DNA of 40,940 nucleotides from Escherichia phage K30. The translations under genes and the position numbers were made by a program. Shown here one piece after another: positions 18,525 to 26,621 of this stretch (position 1 is the stretch's first letter; every line of letters begins with the position of its first letter). The stretch lies in sequence record NC_015719.1; one strand, given 5' to 3'. The notes under the pieces are model-generated. The model ran no database searches and was not told where the DNA came from. It worked only from the letters and a program-made list of their open reading frames with translations.

Positions 18525-20132
18525 GTGGCAGAAGTTAAACTCGAAGGCTTCGCAGAGGAGGGAGCCAAGGCGGTGTATGACCGTCTGAAGAACGACCGAC
18601 AACCCTACGAGACACGAGCAGAGTCCTGTGCGCAGTACACGATTCCCTCACTGTTCCCTAAGGACTCCGATAACGCATCAACCGATTATACGACTCCGTG
18701 GCAATCCGTAGGTGCACGTGGCCTGAACAACCTAGCGTCCAAGCTGATGCTGGCACTGTTCCCGATGCAGTCATGGATGAAGTTGACCATTAGTGAATAC
18801 GAAGCTAAGAACCTTCTGGGTGACGCTGAGGGTCTAGCTAAGGTCGATGAAGGTCTCTCGATGGTAGAGCGAATCATCATGAACTACATCGAGTCCAACA
18901 GTTACCGAGTGACTCTCTTTGAGTGCTTGAAGCAACTGTGTGTGGCAGGGAACGCGCTGCTGTACTTACCGGAGCCTGAGGGTTATACCCCGATGAAGCT
19001 CTATCGCCTGAACTCATATGTGGTCCAGCGAGATGCTTTCGGTAACGTACTACAGATTGTCACTCTCGACAAGATTGCGTTCAACGCTCTACCTGAGGAT
19101 GTCCGCAGCCAAGTTGAAGCAGCCCAAGGTGAGCAGAAGGAAGACGCTGAGATTGATGTCTACACCCACGTTTACCTTAACGAAGCCGGAGATGGTTACT
19201 CGAAGTACGAAGAGGTTGCCGAAGAGGTGGTGCCGGGCAGTGAAGCTGAGTATCCGCTCGAAGAGTGTCCGTACATTCCGGTCCGCATGGTCCGTATAGA
19301 TGGTGAATCTTACGGTCGTTCCTACGTGGAAGAGTATCTGGGCGACCTTAAGTCCCTAGAGAACCTCCAAGAGTCTATCGTTAAGATGGCCATGATTACC
19401 GCTAAGGTTATCGGTCTGGTAGACCCGGCAGGTATCACTCAGGTTCGCCGACTCACGGCAGCACAGTCTGGTGCGTTCGTACCGGGCCGTAAGCAGGACA
19501 TTGAGTTTCTCCAGCTGGAGAAGTCTGGTGACTTTACCGTAGCGAAGAACGTAAGCGACACCATTGAGGCTCGCCTCTCGTATGCCTTTATGCTCAACAG
19601 TGCGGTACAACGTACAGGTGAGCGAGTCACAGCTGAAGAGATTCGGTATGTGGCGTCAGAGCTGGAAGATACCCTTGGTGGTGTATACTCGATTCTCTCA
19701 CAGGAACTCCAGCTGCCTCTGGTAAGAGTGCTCTTGAAGCAACTACAAGCCACGCAGCAAATCCCGGAGTTACCTAAAGAGGCCGTCGAGCCAACTATCA
19801 GCACTGGCCTTGAGGCTATCGGACGTGGTCAGGACCTTGACAAGCTGGAGCGGTGCATTGCCGCATGGTCAGCTCTTAAGGCCCTCGAAGGTGATGATGA
19901 CCTCAACTTGGCTAACCTCAAGTTACGCATCGCTAACGCTATCGGACTTGACACGGCTGGTATGCTACTTACTCAGGAAGAGAAGAACGCCCTTATGGCA
20001 CAACAAGGCGCTCAGATTGCTACACAGCAAGGGGCCGCAGCGTTGGGTCAAGGGATGGCTGCACAGGCTACTGCAAGTCCTGAAGCGATGGCAGCGGCTG
20101 CTGACTCGGTAGGTATGCAACCGGGCATGTAA
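18525..20132 (+). CDS. 8: Portal (head-tail connector) protein (T7 gene 8)
   Basis: 535 aa; recalled extensive identity with T7 gp8; GTG start with AAGGAGGTGA RBS. Confidence 0.97.
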   Translation: MAEVKLEGFAEEGAKAVYDRLKNDRQPYETRAESCAQYTIPSLFPKDSDNASTDYTTPWQSVGARGLNNLASKLMLALFPMQSWMKLTISEYEAKNLLGDAEGLAKVDEGLSMVERIIMNYIESNSYRVTLFECLKQLCVAGNALLYLPEPEGYTPMKLYRLNSYVVQRDAFGNVLQIVTLDKIAFNALPEDVRSQVEAAQGEQKEDAEIDVYTHVYLNEAGDGYSKYEEVAEEVVPGSEAEYPLEECPYIPVRMVRIDGESYGRSYVEEYLGDLKSLENLQESIVKMAMITAKVIGLVDPAGITQVRRLTAAQSGAFVPGRKQDIEFLQLEKSGDFTVAKNVSDTIEARLSYAFMLNSAVQRTGERVTAEEIRYVASELEDTLGGVYSILSQELQLPLVRVLLKQLQATQQIPELPKEAVEPTISTGLEAIGRGQDLDKLERCIAAWSALKALEGDDDLNLANLKLRIANAIGLDTAGMLLTQEEKNALMAQQGAQIATQQGAAALGQGMAAQATASPEAMAAAADSVGMQPGM

Positions 20133-20153
20133 TTAGGGCACACTATAGGGAGA
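20131..20153 (+). promoter_or_regulatory. Phage RNAP promoter (phi9-like), aattagggcacactatagggaga, with 5' leader hairpin
   Basis: Consensus match; transcript begins gggagacc-gctt-ggtttccc (8-bp stem). Confidence 0.85.
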
Positions 20154-20195
20154 CCGCTTGGTTTCCCTCTTAGTCTTAACTTTAAGGAGATTGAA

Positions 20196-21152
20196 ATGGC
20201 TGGTGAATCTAACGCAGACGTATACGCATCCTTCGGTGTTAACAGTGCTGTACTGACTGGTAGTACACCTGAGGAGCACCAAGAAAACATGTTGGCTCTT
20301 GATGTTGCTGCCCGTGATGGCGATGATGCAATCGAGCTGAACACCAACAGTGATGACCCGTATGGCTCCGATGTGGACCAGTTCGGTGAACCTGAAGAGG
20401 GCCGTATGCAGGTCCGTATCTCCGCTGACGGTGATGACCCTGAAGAAGAGTCTACCGAAGAAGAACAGCAGGGTGACGAAGAGAGTAAGTCGGAGGAAGT
20501 AGCCGATGACGATGACGATGGTGAACCTGAAGAGTTCAAACCTATTGGTGAAACTCCGGCTGACATCAACGAAGCCTCTCAGCAGCTGGAAGAACACGAA
20601 GCTGGCTTTAACGACATGGTTGCCACTGCAATCGAACGCGGTCTCTCACAGGATGCTGTGACCCGTATTCAGCAGGAGTACCAGAACGAAGACAGTTTGT
20701 CCGATGAGTCTTACCGAGAGCTGGCCGAGGCTGGCTACAGTAAGGCATTCGTCGATGCGTACATTCGCGGTCAGGAAGCTCTGGTCAACCAGTACGTAGA
20801 GAAAGTGATGGACTTCGTAGGAGGCCGTGAGCGCTTCCAGCAGGTATACAGCCACATGCAGACCAATAACCCTGAGGGTGCCGAGGCGCTTATCAAGGCT
20901 TTTGAGTCTCGTGATGTAGCCACCATGAAGACGATTCTGAACCTAGCGGGACAGTCTCGTGATAAAACCTTTGGTAAGAAAGCAGAGCGCTCTATTGCCA
21001 AACGTGCAACCCCAGCGAAACCTGTGGCCCGTAAGGCTGTGGGCTTTGAGTCTCAAGCTGAGATGATTAAGGCGATGTCCGACCCGCGCTACCGTACTGA
21101 CTCTAAGTATCGTCGTGAAGTAGAGCAAAAGGTAATCGACTCTAAGTTTTAA
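20196..21152 (+). CDS. 9: Capsid assembly (scaffolding) protein (T7 gene 9)
   Basis: 318 aa, acidic; recalled similarity to T7 gp9 at both termini (ESNADVYASFGVNSAV; AMSDPRYRTD..YRR.VEQKVIDS.F). Confidence 0.95.
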   Translation: MAGESNADVYASFGVNSAVLTGSTPEEHQENMLALDVAARDGDDAIELNTNSDDPYGSDVDQFGEPEEGRMQVRISADGDDPEEESTEEEQQGDEESKSEEVADDDDDGEPEEFKPIGETPADINEASQQLEEHEAGFNDMVATAIERGLSQDAVTRIQQEYQNEDSLSDESYRELAEAGYSKAFVDAYIRGQEALVNQYVEKVMDFVGGRERFQQVYSHMQTNNPEGAEALIKAFESRDVATMKTILNLAGQSRDKTFGKKAERSIAKRATPAKPVARKAVGFESQAEMIKAMSDPRYRTDSKYRREVEQKVIDSKF

Positions 21153-21173
21153 TTAGGGCCCACTATAGGGAGA
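21151..21173 (+). promoter_or_regulatory. Phage RNAP promoter (phi10-like), aattagggcccactatagggaga
   Basis: Consensus match; about 165 nt upstream of the gene 10 ATG. Confidence 0.85.
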
Positions 21174-21332
21174 CACATCCGGTTCTACTGTAATGTAGAG
21201 TTTGTGCTCCCTTCGAGTTACACAATGAGTATCACCTCGTTTCAAGTAGTACCTCAACAGCTTGGCAACGATAGGCCCGTTTGGTCAGCGTAGTGACTAA
21301 TTCTATACTTAAACAACATAAGGAGATTCAAC

Positions 21333-22367
21333 ATGGCTAACATGCAAGGTGGACAGCAGCTCGGTACTAACCAAGGTAAAGGTCAATCCGCAGCAGACAA
21401 GCTGGCGCTATTCCTGAAAGTATTTGGCGGTGAAGTACTGACCGCATTCGCTCGTACCTCTGTGACCGCCAACCGTCACATGCAGCGTCAAATCAGCTCC
21501 GGTAAGTCCGCACAGTTCCCTGTGATTGGTCGCACCAAGGCTGCTTACCTGCAACCGGGCGAGTCTCTGGATGACAAACGTAAAGACATCAAGCACACAG
21601 AGAAGACCATTAACATTGACGGACTGCTGACTGCTGACGTGCTGATCTACGACATCGAAGACGCGATGAACCACTACGACGTGCGCTCCGAGTACACCTC
21701 TCAGATTGGTGAGTCTCTGGCGATGGCGGCTGATGGTGCGGTTCTGGCAGAACTAGCTGGTCTGATTAACTTGGCGGATGGCGTCAACGAGAACATCGCT
21801 GGTCTGGGCAAACCGTCCCTGCTGGAAGTTGGCGCTAAGGCTGACCTTACCGACCCTGTCAAACTGGGCCAAGCGGTTATCGCACAGCTGACCATTGCTC
21901 GTGCAGCTCTGACCAAGAACTACGTCCCGGCTAACGACCGTACGTTCTACACCACTCCAGACGTGTACTCTGCGATTCTGGCGGCTCTGATGCCTAACGC
22001 TGCGAACTATGCGGCTCTGATTGACCCTGAGCGTGGTTCTATCCGTAACGTGATGGGCTTCGAGGTTGTGGAAGTTCCGCACCTGACTGCTGGTGGTGCT
22101 GGCGATGACCGCCCGGAAGAAGGCACAGATGCGTCCAACCAGAAGCACGCCTTCCCGGCAACTGGTGGTAAGGTTAACAAAGAGAACGTTGTGGGCCTGT
22201 TCCAGCACCGTTCCGCTGTCGGCACCGTTAAGTTGAAAGATCTGGCTCTGGAGCGTGCTCGCCGTGCTGAGTATCAGGCTGACCAGATTATTGCTAAGTA
22301 CGCGATGGGTCACGGCGGTCTGCGTCCAGAATCTGCTGGTGCACTGGTTTTCAAAGCGGGGGCTTAA
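21333..22367 (+). CDS. 10: Major capsid protein 10A (T7 gene 10)
   Basis: 344 aa; recalled extensive identity with T7 gp10A (GGQQ.GTNQGKG, KLALFLKVFGGEVLTAFARTSVT, ADQIIAKYAMGHGGLRPE). Confidence 0.98.
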   Translation: MANMQGGQQLGTNQGKGQSAADKLALFLKVFGGEVLTAFARTSVTANRHMQRQISSGKSAQFPVIGRTKAAYLQPGESLDDKRKDIKHTEKTINIDGLLTADVLIYDIEDAMNHYDVRSEYTSQIGESLAMAADGAVLAELAGLINLADGVNENIAGLGKPSLLEVGAKADLTDPVKLGQAVIAQLTIARAALTKNYVPANDRTFYTTPDVYSAILAALMPNAANYAALIDPERGSIRNVMGFEVVEVPHLTAGGAGDDRPEEGTDASNQKHAFPATGGKVNKENVVGLFQHRSAVGTVKLKDLALERARRAEYQADQIIAKYAMGHGGLRPESAGALVFKAGA

Positions 22368-22504
22368 GAGTAGAAGCCTTTAGTGTGAACGTTGAGAGCG
22401 AAGCGGAGACTACCGTAGAGGCAGTCGCTGAAGTAACTCTAACGCCTCAGCAGAAGGCCGCTATCACACGTGCACGAAATAAGGCACTTAAGTCTCAGGA
22501 ATAA
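21333..22504 (+). CDS. 10B: Minor capsid protein 10B (predicted -1 frameshift product)
   Basis: ggttttc near the 10A stop (about 22346-22352); the -1 frame stays open for 52 codons to TAA at 22502-22504 (checked codon by codon). Confidence 0.55.
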
Positions 22505-22513
22505 TAAGCCAAA

Positions 22514-22551
22514 CCCCTTGGGGACCACTCACGGTCTCTGAGGGGTTTTTT
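22514..22551 (+). terminator. T-phi-like terminator for phage RNAP
   Basis: ccccttggggacc-actcac-ggtctctgagggg followed by tttttt; resembles T7 T-phi (AACCCCTTGGGG...GAGGGGTTTTTTG) from memory. Confidence 0.8.
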
Positions 22552-22568
22552 CGTTAGGAGCTTACAAT

Positions 22569-23147
22569 ATGAACATGCAAGATGCTTACTTTGGGTCTGC
22601 CGCTGAGCTGGATGCTATCAACGAGATGCTCGCAGCCATCGGTGAATCCCCAGTGACCACCCTTGATGAAGATGGTAGTGCAGACGTAGCGAATGCTCGT
22701 CGTATCCTCAACAGGATTAACCGCCAGATTCAATCGAAGGGTTGGGCCTTCAACATCAATGAGTCGGCCACACTGACCCCTGATGCCAGCACTGGGCTTA
22801 TCCCATTCCGTCCGGCCTACCTGTCCATCCTTGGTGGCCAGTACGTTAACCGTGGTGGCTGGGTGTACGATAAGTCGACCGACAGTGACACGTTCTCTGG
22901 ACCAATCACAGTGACTCTTATTACCCTTCAGGATTACGACGAGATGCCTGAATGTTTCCGCCAGTGGATTGTCACCAAGGCCAGCCGTCAGTTCAACTCT
23001 CGGTTCTTCGGAGCTGAGGACGTAGAGAACTCTCTGGCACAGGAAGAGATGGAAGCACGGATGGCGTGCAACGAGTACGAGATGGACTTCGGGCAATACA
23101 ACATGCTTGACGGTGACGCATACGTACAGGGTCTCATCGGTCGTTAA
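22569..23147 (+). CDS. 11: Tail tubular protein A (T7 gene 11)
   Basis: 192 aa; recalled similarity to T7 gp11 ([55 protein letters not shown]). Confidence 0.95.
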   Translation: MNMQDAYFGSAAELDAINEMLAAIGESPVTTLDEDGSADVANARRILNRINRQIQSKGWAFNINESATLTPDASTGLIPFRPAYLSILGGQYVNRGGWVYDKSTDSDTFSGPITVTLITLQDYDEMPECFRQWIVTKASRQFNSRFFGAEDVENSLAQEEMEARMACNEYEMDFGQYNMLDGDAYVQGLIGR

Positions 23148-23169
23148 TCAGAAACTTAAGGAGGACCAA

Positions 23170-25545
23170 ATGGCTCTCGTATCACAATCAATCAAGAACC
23201 TCAAGGGAGGCATTAGCCAGCAGCCTGAAATCCTACGGTACCCAGAACAGGGTTCGATTCAGGTCAACGGTTGGTCCTCCGAGACTGAGGGTCTCCAGAA
23301 GCGACCGCCGATGGTGTTCATCAAGTCCTTAGGAGACCGTGGGTACCTTGGGGAAGACCCGTACGTTCACCTCATCAACCGCGATGAGTACGAGCAGTAT
23401 TATGCTGTGTTCACAGGGAATGACGTTCGGGTATTCGACCTGTCCGGATACGAGTATCAGGTCCGAGGTGACCGCTCGTACGTGACAGTTAATAACCCTA
23501 AGGATAACTTGCGGATGGTCACCGTGGCTGACTACACGTTCATCGTGAACCGTACCCGACAGGTCCGTGAGAACCAGAACGTGACCAACAATGGTACCTT
23601 CAGGGATAACGTGGATGGCATCATTAACGTTCGTGGTGGTCAGTATGGTCGTAAGCTGGAAGTGAACATTAATGGCGTCTGGGTAAGCCACCAGCTTCCA
23701 CCCGGAGACAACGCCAAGGATGACCCGCCGAAGGTTGACGCACAGGCTATCGCTGAGGCCCTAGCGGTTCTTCTCCGCACAGCCCACCCTACGTGGACGT
23801 TCAACGTTGGAACAGGGTTCATTCACTGTATCGCCCCAGCTAACACCACTCTGGATGTGTTCGAAACGAAGGATGGCTACGCCGACCAGTTAATCAACCC
23901 AGTAACCCATTACGTCCAGAGCTTCTCTAAGTTGCCACTGAACGCCCCCGATGGATACATGGTGAAGATTGTTGGGGACACGTCCAAGACCGCCGACCAG
24001 TATTACGTTAAGTACGACAAGAGTCAGAAGGTCTGGAAGGAAACCGTTGGTTGGAACATCTCGGTAGGGTTGGAGTACCACACAATGCCTTGGACGCTTG
24101 TCCGAGCTTCTGATGGTAACTTTGACCTTGGGTATCATGAGTGGAAGGACCGCCGAGCTGGCGATGATGATACCAACCCTCAGCCATCCTTTGTGAACTC
24201 AACTATAACCGACGTGTTCTTCTTCAGGAACCGCTTAGGGTTCATCTCTGGGGAGAACATCGTGATGTCCCGGACCAGTAAATACTTCGAGTTCTACCCA
24301 CCGTCAGTGGCCAATTACACGGATGATGACCCACTAGATGTTGCCGTAAGTCATAACCGGGTGTCGGTCATTAAGTACGCTGTGAGCTTCGCTGAGGAGC
24401 TTCTACTGTGGTCTGATGAGGCACAGTTCGTCCTGTCGGCCAACGGTGTGTTATCCGCTAAGACAGCACAACTGGACCTGACCACCCAGTTCGATGTGTC
24501 AGACCGTGCACGGCCTTACGGTATCGGTAGGAACATCTACTATGCGTCTCCTCGCAGCTCCTTTACGTCCATCATGCGTTACTACGCGGTACAGGATGTA
24601 AGCTCTGTGAAGAACGCAGAGGACATGACAGCTCACGTCCCTAACTACATTCCGAACGGTGTGTACAGCATCAACGGGTCTGGTACGGAGAACTTCGCGT
24701 GTGTACTCACCAAGGGTGCCCCTAGCAAGGTGTTCATCTACAAGTTCCTCTACATGGACGAGAACATTCGGCAGCAGTCATGGTCACACTGGGACTTCGG
24801 GGATGGTGTGGAGGTGGTGGCCGCAAACTGTATCAACTCAACGATGTACCTACTGATGCGGAACGCCTACAACGTGTGGATAGCTGCGGTGGACTTCAAG
24901 AAGAACTCTACGGACTTCCCGTTCGAGCCTTACAGGTTCCACGTGGACGCCAAGCGGTCGTATCACATCTCAGAGACTGCGTATGACATCGAGACTAACC
25001 AGACGGTAGTGAACGTCAAGGACATCTACGGTGCATCGTTCTCGAAGGGTACAGTGGCAATCTGCGAGAGTGATGGGAAAATCACTACGTATGAGCCGAT
25101 GGGTGACTCTTGGAACTCAACCCCAGACATTCGTATTAGCGGTGACATTGCTGGTAAGGATATCGTCATTGGGTTCCTGTATGACTTCCAGTATGTGTTC
25201 AGTCGCTTCCTCATCAAGCAGGAGCAGAACGATGGCACAACGTCCACAGAGGATGCAGGACGCTTACAGCTTCGTAGAGCATGGGTGAACTATCAGGACA
25301 CTGGTGCGTTCACTGTGAGCGTCAATAATGGTAGCCGTGAGTTCAACTATCTGGTCAACGCCAGAGTAGGTTCTACCGGTCTACGTCTGGGACAGAAGGC
25401 AACAACCACTGGTCAGTATCGTTTCCCGGTGACAGGTAACGCTCTGTATCAGAAGGTGTCCCTGAGTTCCTTCAATGCTTCCCCGGTGTCAATCATTGGG
25501 TGCGGCTGGGAGGGTAACTACAGTAGACGCGCCAACGGTATTTAA
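23170..25545 (+). CDS. 12: Tail tubular protein B (T7 gene 12)
   Basis: Recalled similarity to T7 gp12 from MAL.SQSIKNLKGGISQQP to GCGWEGNY.RR; start at ATG 23170 with AAGGAGGA RBS, not the track start 23107. Confidence 0.95.
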   Translation: MALVSQSIKNLKGGISQQPEILRYPEQGSIQVNGWSSETEGLQKRPPMVFIKSLGDRGYLGEDPYVHLINRDEYEQYYAVFTGNDVRVFDLSGYEYQVRGDRSYVTVNNPKDNLRMVTVADYTFIVNRTRQVRENQNVTNNGTFRDNVDGIINVRGGQYGRKLEVNINGVWVSHQLPPGDNAKDDPPKVDAQAIAEALAVLLRTAHPTWTFNVGTGFIHCIAPANTTLDVFETKDGYADQLINPVTHYVQSFSKLPLNAPDGYMVKIVGDTSKTADQYYVKYDKSQKVWKETVGWNISVGLEYHTMPWTLVRASDGNFDLGYHEWKDRRAGDDDTNPQPSFVNSTITDVFFFRNRLGFISGENIVMSRTSKYFEFYPPSVANYTDDDPLDVAVSHNRVSVIKYAVSFAEELLLWSDEAQFVLSANGVLSAKTAQLDLTTQFDVSDRARPYGIGRNIYYASPRSSFTSIMRYYAVQDVSSVKNAEDMTAHVPNYIPNGVYSINGSGTENFACVLTKGAPSKVFIYKFLYMDENIRQQSWSHWDFGDGVEVVAANCINSTMYLLMRNAYNVWIAAVDFKKNSTDFPFEPYRFHVDAKRSYHISETAYDIETNQTVVNVKDIYGASFSKGTVAICESDGKITTYEPMGDSWNSTPDIRISGDIAGKDIVIGFLYDFQYVFSRFLIKQEQNDGTTSTEDAGRLQLRRAWVNYQDTGAFTVSVNNGSREFNYLVNARVGSTGLRLGQKATTTGQYRFPVTGNALYQKVSLSSFNASPVSIIGCGWEGNYSRRANGI

Positions 25546-25570
25546 CTGAAGGAATCCTTATGGTGTGCTC

Positions 25571-25593
25571 AATTAGGGCACACTATAGGGAGA
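25571..25593 (+). promoter_or_regulatory. Phage RNAP promoter (phi13-like), aattagggcacactatagggaga
   Basis: Exact consensus match. Confidence 0.85.
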
Positions 25594-25617
25594 CCACACT
25601 AAGAGGGGACTTAAAGC

Positions 25618-26028
25618 ATGTACATTAGAAACACTGTAAGTAATGACTTCGAGTTATTCATCCCGGCCTACCATGACGTACTTGAGGCACAGGCCATGGG
25701 TATAGAACCATCGTTCCCAGCGGTTACTGAGTGTGTCACGTTAGACCACGATGGTTTTCCTTTGGCTATAGGTGGACACTGCGGAGACCAGTGCTGGTTC
25801 GTCACGAGCGACCAAGTGTGGAGACTCGACAGGGCTGGCAAGCTGGAGTTCCGTGAGAGAATCATGGAGTACAGGGACATGTTATTAAATGTTTACCCAT
25901 CCCTGTGGAACTTCGTATGGGTCGGTAATGGTCCCCACAAGCGGTTCCTTAAGTCCATCGGTGCTGTATTCCACGAGGAGTACACTCAGGGTGGGAAGTT
26001 CCAACTGTTCACCATAACGAGGAGGTAA
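25618..26028 (+). CDS. 13: Internal virion protein A (T7 gene 13 position)
   Basis: 136 aa; own promoter, AGAGGGGA RBS; called by synteny between genes 12 and 14. Confidence 0.7.
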   Translation: MYIRNTVSNDFELFIPAYHDVLEAQAMGIEPSFPAVTECVTLDHDGFPLAIGGHCGDQCWFVTSDQVWRLDRAGKLEFRERIMEYRDMLLNVYPSLWNFVWVGNGPHKRFLKSIGAVFHEEYTQGGKFQLFTITRR

Positions 26029-26030
26029 CT

Positions 26031-26621
26031 ATGTGCTGGATGGCAGCTATTCCTATTGCAATGACAGCAGTACAAGCTATCGGTCAGTCACGCAATGAAG
26101 CCAAGATGATTGGCCTCCAGAATGACCAGATGCGACGACAGTCTGTCCAGATGATTAAAGAGTCAAACATTCAGAACGCCAACGCCAGCCTTGAGCAGAA
26201 GCAGAAGCTGGAAGAAGCCAGTGCGGACTTAACCACTAAGAATCTCAATAAGGTTCAGGCCATGGGTACAATCCGTGCAGCAATCGGAGAGGGAAACCTT
26301 GAGGGAGCCAGTATGGACCGTATCAGTCGAATCGAGGAGGGCAAGTTCATTCGGGAGGCCAACGCGGTCACCGATAACTACCGTCGAGATTATGCGTCAC
26401 TGTTCGCTCAGCAGCTCGGTAACTCAGAGTCGACTATTGACCAAGTTAAGTCCATGCAGAAAGCTGAGGCCAAAGGTAAATCCAAACTGGAACAGGTCCT
26501 TGACCCGCTGGCAATGATGGGTTCACAGGCAGCATCCGCATATGTTGACGGGAAATTCGACAGCAAGTCCACCAAGGCCCCAATCAGTCAGGCCAAAGGC
26601 ACCAAGGTAGGAGGTAAGTAA
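26031..26621 (+). CDS. 14: Internal virion protein B (T7 gene 14)
   Basis: 196 aa; recalled similarity to T7 gp14 (MCW.AAIPIA, IRAAIGE..LEG.SMDRI.R, FIREAN.VT.NYRRDY...FAQQLG). Confidence 0.9.
   Translation: MCWMAAIPIAMTAVQAIGQSRNEAKMIGLQNDQMRRQSVQMIKESNIQNANASLEQKQKLEEASADLTTKNLNKVQAMGTIRAAIGEGNLEGASMDRISRIEEGKFIREANAVTDNYRRDYASLFAQQLGNSESTIDQVKSMQKAEAKGKSKLEQVLDPLAMMGSQAASAYVDGKFDSKSTKAPISQAKGTKVGGK

Noticed and set aside
20048-20597. Minus-strand ORFs of 173 and 154 aa
   Set aside because: Antisense to the acidic scaffolding gene, where biased codon usage generates long antisense open frames; no support.
22554-23096. 180-aa minus-strand ORF
   Set aside because: Antisense to tail tubular protein A (gene 11); no promoter or RBS context; the + strand gene is well supported.
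23107-23169. Upstream in-frame extension of gene 12 (ORF track start 23107)
   Set aside because: The alignable N-terminus (MALVSQSIKNLKGG) begins at ATG 23170, which has an AAGGAGGA RBS; the extension overlaps the gene 11 end.
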